From assembly GCA_030141605.1 (NCBI GenBank), contig JAQGDQ010000509.1, positions 95,511 through 159,510 on the forward strand: a stretch of DNA of 64,000 bases. The letters run 5' to 3'. The stretch is from Tubiluchus corallicola (taxonomy: Eukaryota > Animalia > Priapulida). The notes below the pieces were generated by a model, which saw only the letters and a program-made list of their open reading frames with translations, was not told the DNA's origin and did not search any database. The position numbers and the translations under genes were made by a program. Of the stretch, positions 1-8,882 are shown one piece after another; position 1 is the stretch's first letter, and each line of letters starts with the position of its first letter.

Positions 1-149
1 GTCTCTCGCGGTATGGCAAACCGCATTTTCTCGTTAATATCGTTCGCCGTACCGATCGATCCGCATTTTCTAGTGAATGCTTTCGAGATACGGATCCGTA
101 TTTTTAGTTATTGCAGTTACAGATACGGATCCGTACCTTTAATCACTGC
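1..149. mobile_element. Probable right end of a non-autonomous DNA transposon/MITE (truncated by window)
   Basis: Repeated CCGCATTTTCT and palindromic TACGGATCCGTA motifs, ending ...AATCACTG (CAGTG-type terminus on the other strand); other end not visible. Confidence 0.35.
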
Positions 150-291
150 CTAAATTAATATATGCCTGGAGTACGGTAAAACATCTATTTTATCTTATCT
201 GTTGTTGACAATTAAAAGTGATTACCAAAAAAGCAAAAATCAATAAAAAATTCAATGAAAGCTACGCACATTACCGAAGTAAAGGACTTAC

Positions 292-368
292 TTGACAGAT
301 GCAACCAACTGTTTAGAGAAACGTCTTTTTCTATTCACTTCACCAACCCGCCTTTCTTGGCTAGCCAT
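292..368 (-). CDS. First coding exon of an unidentified gene continuing off the left edge (MASQERRVGEVNRKRRFSKQLVASV...)
   Basis: ATG in good context (AAC ATG G) at 368-366, 25 codons + 2 nt, then strong donor GTAAGT at 291; basic RKRR patch. No family recognised. Confidence 0.55.
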
Positions 369-956
369 GTTGAGAATTTTTGTTCAAATCACTAAAGCAG
401 TAGCGCACCAATCTTTATTCATCAAATTTCAGTATCGTTTTGTTGCCGCGCAAGAGTCGTTGTACCGTCCCTTTGGCCACTGTCAAAGACAAGCAAAATA
501 AATGGCATTGCTGGTTAGACTGTTAATTTCTGATTAGATGAAATGAAGGAAATTATGATTATAAGGCTTAATACAGAAAGCAAATTTTAAAAGCTTGTAT
601 AAGAATGATTTTAAGTGTCTGTTGTGTTATAGAGAAGAGGATACTACGAAACACGTATTTTGAATATCAAGAAATACGCGTCAATAAAATGGGGCCTATC
701 AGTGCAAGACATAAACAGTTCAAATATAGATAAGCTAAGAAAATTTATAAAGTATATCACTAAAGTGTTGCAGTTAAAATTGTAATGAAAGATGAGGAAA
801 GTGTAATTCAATTCGGTTTAACTGCTCAAATACGAGAAGAGTAAACACATTGGCAAAATGAACCATGACGTATAACTATTACACAAAGTACTTCAGTAAG
901 TAAACGCATTGTATACATGCAAAAAAGTTTAATTAATAATAACTCAGCATAATAAC

Positions 957-1377
957 TAGGAGGTGAACATCGAGCGTTCGATTTCAAATGTTCGAAATCA
1001 AATTCGAACGAGTTTTTCAATTCGAATTCGATTCGAACCGAAAATTATAGATTCTAATAATTCAGCATTTCTTTTGCCATTAATGTTCTTTTGTCATTAA
1101 GGCGTTTTAAACATCAAGCAATTAGCATAATTTAGTAGCGATTTCTGTGCACAATTTTTAAATTAATTATTATTATAGTGGTTTTATTGCAGGACAAAAT
1201 CGAGCAATAGGGCATATGCATGATCTTTATTGATAAGGGTTCGAGTCTGAACCTTTAAAACTGATTTCGAACTTTACTCGAGTCCCAAATCTTGAAATTC
1301 GGTTTGATTCGAGTTTATAAGTCACAAATTCGACTCAGTTCGAATTCGCTTTTTGGTAGAGAATGCTCACCCTCCCC
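957..1377. mobile_element. MITE-like element with TTCGA-rich subterminal repeats
   Basis: Imperfect terminal inverted repeats (GGAGGTGAACAT / ATGCTCACCCTCC) and clusters of TTCGA(A) near both ends. Confidence 0.5.
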
Positions 1378-1810
1378 AATTAATATCAAGCAAAACGTCA
1401 ATCATCACCAGTCAAGCTCTGTTGACTGTCCAATCAGCGTGCGTATTTTTAACACACCTGTACAATTAACCTAGATGTTCCTGTTCTTTTGGGCCATTAG
1501 CCGCATGCTGTGTATTGCCAGCATTATGTCATATTGTTGTGAAAAATGCTGAACCTGTCATTAGACACCTGCCTGATTAAATGTTATTATTACAGACAGT
1601 CTGCATTGCCAATTGAAATTGCAAGTGAATTAGTGGAAATATTGTCTAATTTTGTTTTTATAGGAGGAAATGCATAAGATTTACGTTTAAGAGTTGCTGA
1701 TTAAACCGTTTTGCTATCAACAAAATACTCAGTTTAGTATAATTTGACTTTGCAAAATAAATAAAAAACAATCATTTGACTAACTCTAAAAAAAGACAAA
1801 TTTATCTAAC

Positions 1811-2089
1811 GAGGTTAAGCCGGTCATATGACGCTACTTTAATATTGGTAAATGCCTACCTGAACGTAAAGAGGTGAGATGAATTTTTAACTTAAGATTG
1901 AAGTCGGACTTAGTAGGTATAAACGGTTCAAGGTTAACCTGTATGTAAAAATTAGACGGGGAACCTACCAGTTAGTAATAGTTGAGCCTTAGCGGTAGAA
2001 CTGAACTCACCCACGGAAATCTGTGACAACTGTCATGATTATGCGGTAAGCGAGCTCATTCATAGAAATCCCCCGTTTAGGCATTTTTT
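1811..2089 (+). ncRNA. Candidate structured non-coding RNA, family unknown
   Basis: Two ~130-nt hairpin domains found by eye; the non-Watson-Crick pairs read as G-U on the + strand; ends in a T6 run. No known family recognised. Confidence 0.3.
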
Positions 2090-2557
2090 CAGAAATTCTC
2101 AGGCAAAATGTTTTCTTTTGTTTTTTTTATAAATCTCAGTAAGATCTTCACCGTCCAAATTATTTCAAATGTGATAAAAATTTATATGCACCAACGTAAT
2201 CTTAGTTAATTTTATGCTATTTGTCTGGTTGTAATCATGGTTTAAAGATGCCATTACGATTTATGTAACTCGGGTAGCCAACAAAAGGATCGTCTACGAA
2301 ATGGAACAATAAAATTTATTCCATTTCGGTAGTGTAACAAACAGTTGGGAAAATACAAAAAGTAGATAAAGTTTACAGGCAACCACACGATCAGTTAAAT
2401 GAAGAACAAATACGTAGCAGGTATGATATGTTCGTAAATTCAAAGACAAGAAAAGACATTCGTAAATATTTTTTGTTTCCACTTTGCCTATTTAGATACA
2501 GAACGTTTAGACAATGGACGCAATACAATTGGGCACAGTGGAAGTATAGGTACAGGG

Positions 2558-3088
2558 TAGTGGCGGCTCGTGTATAGGTATCGTGGAACTGCAACACCCC
2601 CTGTTTTCATTCAATATTATTGATAATATTCATTATAATAAGTCTTTTTTAGTTCTTTATACATGTCCGGAAGCTGAGCACGTGAGGGTAGTACTGTTTG
2701 CGTCACAGCCCAACACAGTGGTGTTTGGCTGTTGTGCGCATGCGTACATGTATGAGATAAAACTGTACGCTGCACTGCTAGCGTTTGCTACCAGGTAGAG
2801 ATAGTAGTGTTGCTCGCACAGTTTGTTGTCAGTTGTCATATGTTTAAAAAACACTTATCGGCATATTCTTGAACTGCGGCAATTTAGGCTATTCGTAAGC
2901 AAATTTTTTTTTGTTTAGGATTTTATCAAGTTTATGTATAAATTTACATATGTTTGTTTGTTTAAGATTACACCTACAAATTACAACATTAAAATTATGT
3001 GTTTGTTTCGTTTTACACAGTATTAAAACAATGGCTAAAAATTTTCTGGTGCAGCACCCCGAATAATTTTAACTATGAGCCGACACTG
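2558..3088. mobile_element. hAT-superfamily MITE, 531 bp
   Basis: TIRs TAGTGGCGGCTCGT / ATGAGCCGACACTG; exact 8-bp target-site duplication GTACAGGG at 2550-2557 and 3089-3096. Confidence 0.85.
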
Positions 3089-3240
3089 GTACAGGGCATA
3101 ATGGCATAGGGCAAAGATGTACTAGATATTCCTATAACGTGTTTGCATTAATCATTTTAGTGAACTTTATAAGTTAATGTACACTGCAAAGAACTGAATA
3201 TTAGTTGCCAATAAATTAATAAACTCCTCTGCTCCATTAC

Positions 3241-3385
3241 TCTGTGCTGTTCTACTATGGTCTGTTTTTTCTAACCTATTCTATCTTGTCCTGTTCCACG
3301 TAGTTCCCTGTTCTGTTTTGTTCCATTCCGTTCCGTTCCGTTAATCTTTTCATACTCTGTTCTATTCGATAGTATTCTATTTTCG
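3241..3385. repeat. Degenerate pentanucleotide microsatellite (TTCTA/TTCCG/GTTCT)
   Basis: Visible 5-nt periodicity, e.g. TTCCATTCCGTTCCGTTCCG. Confidence 0.6.
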
Positions 3386-3869
3386 GTTTAATGTCATAAA
3401 ATTATATTTTAAAATTATTATAAAACTTTTCTTCTAGCAAAGTTTTGGCCACATTTTCAAATATTTGCCATTTAGAAGATCTTTGGTTTATATTAGTATC
3501 ATTACGTAACGTAAACTGCCCAAATGTATATATATATATTAATTCTTTATTTGTCATAAAAACGGTTCCCTCATTATAATAAAATTGAGTTAGCCTCAGC
3601 GTAATGTTAAAATAACAACACTGTTCAAGACAAATGCGTCCAGTGCATACTAAAAAAACTAAAGTGCAAACTATATACAATATAATGAACATATTTACAA
3701 ATACCATATTAAAATATTTTCACAGACAATTATAGGAAAGTACATTAAATTTTACATTACATAGTGCACACTATTTATACATTTAACATTAAGAAACACG
3801 AAACTAACATAACACGTATTACATTACATAATTTTTTTAAAAAATTTCATTTTTAATCATTATATGGAG

Positions 3870-6800
3870 TCAGGGGCGGGGGTATATGAAAGTGGAGTCC
3901 GTGTAATTAGTATCAGATGCACAATGTGGAAGTTGAAACCTGTTATATTGATATTCTTTTAATTTCTTTTTAAAGTGGTGGAGAGATTCTATTTGTTTTA
4001 TTTCACTGGGTAGTAAGTTCCATAAATGTATGACCTGTTTTGATATAGAGTTATTTCCAAATTTATTGTTTACTGTAATTTGCTTTAAATTGTATGTTCT
4101 AGTGTTCAATGTGGTATCAGGAATAAATGCTAAGGGATTGTTTATAAATGGAATGCTCAGTTTATTTATATATTTATAAAGAAATATCAGTGTTTTGTAA
4201 TCTCGATAGGCTTCTAATATTGGTATTTTTGTGGACGTTCTTAAGCTTGTTGCAGAAGCAGCATGTTGTTTAGCAGTTTTGTTAGAGTAGCCATGAATTA
4301 ATCTAAGTGCGTAGTTTTGCATCGTATTTAGTTTTCTAAAGTTTTCATATTTAACGTTTTGAAATAAAGTGCAACCATGTAGATAATGTGGTAATATTAG
4401 ACTTTTGTAGATGAGAATTTTTGTTTTCTTGGTTAGATGGCCTCTGGTTTGGCGTAAGAATGTCGTGCTTAATGCCATCTTGTTGTGTATTTGATGAAAC
4501 TGTTCATCCCAAGTGAGTTTATTGTCGACAGTAATGCCTAAAAATTTTACAGTTTTTGCTTGTTCTGTGGAACAGTCACCTACTTTTAGTGTTGCATTAG
4601 AAGTAATGTCATTGGATTTGGGTGATATTACCATAAATTCTGTCTTATCATCATTCATTTTTAAACCAAAATAGTTAACTGCTGCATTTATATTTGTTAT
4701 GTCTTTTTCTAGATTATTTTTTGATGTTAGAAAGTCTGCGTGTGCTGTATAGAGTGTTGTATCATCGGCATATTGTGTTAAGTCTGAATTATGTAAAACT
4801 AAATGAATTTTATTAACGTATAAACAAAAGAGTAATGGACCTAATATCGTACCTTGTGGGATGCCTCTCTGTGGTGTGTCCCATGTTGAAAAAGTGTGTT
4901 TGTTCAGTTTGACTCTTTGTTTTCTATTGTGTAGGTAATTATTAATTAGTTTGAGAGAAGTATAATCGAATCCTAGTTGGCGTAAGTTGTCTAGTAGTAA
5001 ATTGTGATCGAGGCTGTCAAAAGCTTTACTTAGATCTAAAAATGCTGCTGTTATATATTTATTTTTATTTAAGTTGTAACGAAACTTTTCAGTGGCATCA
5101 ATTATCGCGTCTATTGTAGAACGTAGTTTTCTAAAACCAAATTGATGATTTGACAGTAACTTATTATTTTCAATGTAATGGTTTATTTGGTTGTAGATAA
5201 CTCTTTCAAATACTTTGGCTAGTACGTGCACTACTGAGATTGGTCTGTAGTTTTTAGCATCATCTTTAGCATCTTTCTTGTGTATTGGAGTTATGTTTGC
5301 TTGTTTACACACTGCTGGAAATTCTGAGCGCATTAAGACTTGGTTTGTGATATATGTTAAATGAGGAGTAATGATGCTGGCACAGTCTTTTAAGATCTTT
5401 ATTGGCATGTCTGAGGGTCCACTTCCTTTATTTATATTTAAACTGTTTAATATTCTAAAGATGTCGTATTCTGTGACGCTAGTAAATGAGAAAGTGGATT
5501 GTATTACTGATTGGTTTTTGTATATATTGTGTATATTTGCATTATGTTGGTGTGGCAAGTTGTCAAATTTTCCGAGATTGATAAATGTGGAATTTAATAT
5601 ATTAGCAATGTCAACTGGATCAGATATTATACTGTCATTTTCTCGTAAACTATTTATTTGTAATTGATCGTTTCTGTATCTGTTAAGTACGTCATTAATT
5701 AAACGCCATTTTTGTTTAGGTGTAGTTGCATCATTGCATTTATTAATATAATATTTATTTTTGAGTTTCCTGTTGTAGCTATTAAATTTATTTCGTGCCT
5801 TTTTGTAATTATTGTAATTGATTTTACCTTTTAAATGTAAATATGTTCTATATAATTCATTTTTATTGTGTCTTAGTTTTGCGAGTTCTGTATCCGCCCA
5901 AGGGCAGGCAGATTTTGCATTAAATTGCTGCTGATGTATTTTTATTTTTTTATACGGTGCATAGATATCCAGGCAGTATTCCATATTATTTATTAATGTG
6001 TTTATTTGCATGTCAATGTCAGTCATTGTGTAAATATTACTCCAGTCCAATTTGGCTAAAGTATCTTGAAATATATCTTTATTATATGTAGAATAATCTC
6101 TGACTGTTTTCCAGACTGTGCCTGTATTGTTTTTGGTTGGTTTTGTTTTGTCTACTATTATTATAAAATCATGATCAGAATAATCACACGAGAAGATTTC
6201 TTGTACTTGGAAATTGTCTTTAGCGTTTGAGATAAAGTGGTCTATGGTAGTAGATGATGTTTTAGTGATTCTTGTGGGTTTATTACTTGCGTTTAGTATT
6301 TGCGTGTTATATTGGTCCAAGACTTCTTTATACTTTTTGCACTGAGCAGTATTTGTTGCATTAATATCGATATTAAAATCCCCCATTAATAAAACTGGTT
6401 GATTTTCAAGTACAGCACGTTCAAGTTCAATTTCAAAATGTTTTAGAAAAGTCTTATATTTTTGATTTGGTGGCTTATAAATGACACCTACAATGTAGTT
6501 TTCGATATTGTACCAAATTGATTCTCTTTTGTTAGTTTTAATTCCTTTGGCTTCGTTAAATGACATGTGTTTTGGGATGTACATTGCAACCCCTCCTCCA
6601 CGTTTATGTGTGGGACGGTCTCGACGTATGAGTGTATGATGAGGCAGTTGTATGGAGGCACTAGGTATTTGCTTGCGTAGCCAAGTTTCGGTTATTCCAA
6701 CGACTAAATTTTCAGATGAACGAACTGTGTCTTTAAGCAATGCATGTTTTTTTGTCAGACTTTGTATATTGATACATAGAAATTTAAAATTCTTTTTATG

Positions 6801-7247
6801 TTTTTGCATAAAATCTGCCAGCTCTAGATCCATGTTGTTTTGTGTGGGGGTTTGATTTAAGGGACCTGGATTAGTTTCAGTACAACCAATTATAAGCAAC
6901 ATTTTCAATACTGTTAGAAAATAATCATGGTTACAATTATTTTTAATTAGGTAGGGGAGTACACGTAATAAAGTAGGAGAGTACTGAAACTTGTAGTATA
7001 AATCTCTAGTATCTGAACGTGTGCACTTTCTCACAGATGAATACTGTAATATAGAAGCAGAATAGCAAAAATTTACGCACGAGTTATTTTCGATCCGATT
7101 TTGAGATATTATTATGCAGCAAGACGTGCATACACGTTTCAGTGTACCAGAGATTGGCACTGGACACATCTGTCTTGAGTTTATACATTCTTTACACAAT
7201 ATTCGTTTATTTTGAGTAAAACTTAAAATTTCTCGTTTAAAATTCAT
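3870..7247 (-). CDS. LINE ORF2: AP-endonuclease + reverse transcriptase polyprotein
   Basis: Uninterrupted frame (open from 7274, first ATG 7247); APE motifs INIQSL, ITETWL, GGGVAMY, MGDFN, TIDH, SDH; RT motifs NYRPIS, QFGFR, FLDLSKAFD, GIPQGTILGPLLF, YADD, KFLGI. Confidence 0.95.
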   Translation of the reverse strand: MNFKREILSFTQNKRILCKECINSRQMCPVPISGTLKRVCTSCCIIISQNRIENNSCVNFCYSASILQYSSVRKCTRSDTRDLYYKFQYSPTLLRVLPYLIKNNCNHDYFLTVLKMLLIIGCTETNPGPLNQTPTQNNMDLELADFMQKHKKNFKFLCINIQSLTKKHALLKDTVRSSENLVVGITETWLRKQIPSASIQLPHHTLIRRDRPTHKRGGGVAMYIPKHMSFNEAKGIKTNKRESIWYNIENYIVGVIYKPPNQKYKTFLKHFEIELERAVLENQPVLLMGDFNIDINATNTAQCKKYKEVLDQYNTQILNASNKPTRITKTSSTTIDHFISNAKDNFQVQEIFSCDYSDHDFIIIVDKTKPTKNNTGTVWKTVRDYSTYNKDIFQDTLAKLDWSNIYTMTDIDMQINTLINNMEYCLDIYAPYKKIKIHQQQFNAKSACPWADTELAKLRHNKNELYRTYLHLKGKINYNNYKKARNKFNSYNRKLKNKYYINKCNDATTPKQKWRLINDVLNRYRNDQLQINSLRENDSIISDPVDIANILNSTFINLGKFDNLPHQHNANIHNIYKNQSVIQSTFSFTSVTEYDIFRILNSLNINKGSGPSDMPIKILKDCASIITPHLTYITNQVLMRSEFPAVCKQANITPIHKKDAKDDAKNYRPISVVHVLAKVFERVIYNQINHYIENNKLLSNHQFGFRKLRSTIDAIIDATEKFRYNLNKNKYITAAFLDLSKAFDSLDHNLLLDNLRQLGFDYTSLKLINNYLHNRKQRVKLNKHTFSTWDTPQRGIPQGTILGPLLFCLYVNKIHLVLHNSDLTQYADDTTLYTAHADFLTSKNNLEKDITNINAAVNYFGLKMNDDKTEFMVISPKSNDITSNATLKVGDCSTEQAKTVKFLGITVDNKLTWDEQFHQIHNKMALSTTFLRQTRGHLTKKTKILIYKSLILPHYLHGCTLFQNVKYENFRKLNTMQNYALRLIHGYSNKTAKQHAASATSLRTSTKIPILEAYRDYKTLIFLYKYINKLSIPFINNPLAFIPDTTLNTRTYNLKQITVNNKFGNNSISKQVIHLWNLLPSEIKQIESLHHFKKKLKEYQYNRFQLPHCASDTNYTDSTFIYPRP

Positions 7248-7342
7248 GATTAAAATATATGTATAATATATCACGCTTATTACAGTTATTTACAGTTTAG
7301 TTCATTCGTGTCTTTAATAAACTGTTTAATAGTTTTTCAATT

Positions 7343-8029
7343 TTATACAAACTTAGAAATGAATTCTTTTACTAATCCGGTAAACAGATTTTCAATTTCT
7401 GATTTTAATGCCTCTTTTTGAATAGGCTTAGTATCAGCTGAAGGTTTATCAGAGTCATTTGAATAATTTACAGGAGTTGGTAATAATGGTAATCTTTTAA
7501 CTGCATTTGCGTAACTAGTTGGTTTATAATTATATTGACTTTGTGTAAAGCCACGAGTAACTGTATCTTTGTTTTGATTAGTCTTAACCCTATACCATCG
7601 ATTTGGGTCATTAAACAAACATAGTTTAATGCATTCTCGCAGCTTTTGTACACCTAATCTACTCAGGTGTAATCCGTCTCTCGCAATTAAATTATCATCT
7701 TCAAAATGACATTGCAAATTGCACAAAATGGTATTAGTTTTAGTTGTCAGAGTTTCAAGTTCACTGTTAAATAAGCGTAACACTCTATTCACCGAACTTA
7801 TATTCATGGGTTTAGCAGTTGGATGTTTGTTTGTCTTTACGAATGGGATATTGCATACAAAAACATTACAAGGGTTAAACTTATTTTTTACACTTACAAT
7901 GCATTGTTCCATTTGTCTTGTTAGTGACTTGAGTATTTCGTCTAGGTGATCGTTCTGGTCGTTTTCTCGATTCTGTTGAATATGTTGTCTTACGTCATTG
8001 ATTCCACACGTTATGATAACGTTTTCCAA
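7343..8029 (-). CDS. LINE ORF1 fragment, SGNH/GDSL esterase domain (N-terminus missing)
   Basis: SGNH block III (VIITCGIND) and block V (DGLHL); in-frame stop just upstream, no block I GDS in frame. Esterase ORF1 is typical of CR1/L2-group LINEs. Confidence 0.8.
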   Translation of the reverse strand: MENVIITCGINDVRQHIQQNRENDQNDHLDEILKSLTRQMEQCIVSVKNKFNPCNVFVCNIPFVKTNKHPTAKPMNISSVNRVLRLFNSELETLTTKTNTILCNLQCHFEDDNLIARDGLHLSRLGVQKLRECIKLCLFNDPNRWYRVKTNQNKDTVTRGFTQSQYNYKPTSYANAVKRLPLLPTPVNYSNDSDKPSADTKPIQKEALKSEIENLFTGLVKEFISKFV

Positions 8030-8819
8030 TTTCTTCTCAGGGTATCGGTCTCATACGATGTGCACAACCAAGTGTTAACCAGTTTCTCGGGTTACAATAA
8101 TCTGACATTTGCTGCTCAAGTGTTACATACAGACTGACATTGTTCCCTGCAATGACCCAAATGCCCATTGCCCAAAAGTCCAACTGCCTCATTATACATC
8201 TGCTGCCGATGCAGGTATCCATTAACCAAATGTCTGACGATTTATTGTTCACTATCCCCTACCTAACCAGTATGAGATGTCTACTGTATTCAATGTGAAA
8301 ATAATCTAAATCTATTCAAAATGCAATTAAAACATGTTAATTTCTTAGTTTAGAATTCACATAGGAATTCGAATTAAAATTTCCGTAACAAACAGATTAT
8401 GAAGTGTATTGAAACATAAAAAGTTGTAGACTGTGCAAATAAGGCTAAAACTGCTTCATTTACTGTTCTAGTTGAAAATAATTATTAAATTTTACATGTA
8501 AGCTTTTCTGTTATTATCTGGAGCAAGGTTTCTGGAAAATAGGTTTGATAGAGAAACTACACAGATAAAAATTCAAATTAAAACAGATTTTAATCAAAAT
8601 AGATTACAATAAATTGGTAGTATCATGTTCTGTTAAATAAATAAAGATCTACAATACACATCAATAAACTTAATCAGGTTAACTGAGACAGACAGCTTTA
8701 ACAACGTCCAAGGTATCCGTGCATATACAAAATAAAAGAAATGGTAAAAGCTGCAGACATCAACTTCCGGTTTTGATTTAAATAGTTCTAGAAAATTTGA
8801 AGAGACTCAGATCATCAAA

Positions 8820-8882
8820 TTAGTCTCCATAAGTTGGATTCTGAGTTTCTGTTACAGCTTTCTTGTACAGAGGGTTTTCTCC
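8820..8882 (-). CDS. ITGB: Integrin beta terminal exon
   Basis: [20 protein letters not shown], two NPxY motifs. Confidence 0.95.
   Translation of the reverse strand, partial: GENPLYKKAVTETQNPTYGD

Larger units (their letters stand above)
3527..8155 (-). mobile_element. Non-LTR retrotransposon (CR1/L2 group LINE), 5'-truncated in ORF1, ORF2 intact
   Basis: Esterase ORF1 + APE-RT ORF2; 3' UTR ending AATAAAGAATTAA(TA)n at ~3550-3527; candidate 8-bp TSD CCCAAATG at 3519-3526 and 8156-8163 (5' boundary tentative). Confidence 0.9.

Noticed and set aside
1981-2075. tRNA or vault RNA (A-box-like GCCTTAGCGGTAGA)
   Set aside because: No B-box/T-loop GTTCGA or cloverleaf; kept only as part of the unknown ncRNA candidate.
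5371-8137. Plus-strand ORFs (5371-5667, 6652-6855, 7719-7949, 7946-8137)
   Set aside because: Antisense shadows of the LINE ORFs with no recognisable motifs.
8220-8262. VGDS...IVRHL on the minus strand as the missing esterase block I of ORF1
   Set aside because: Interrupted by a stop that overlaps the likely integrin AATAAA, not continuous with ORF1 and outside the candidate TSD; probably chance.
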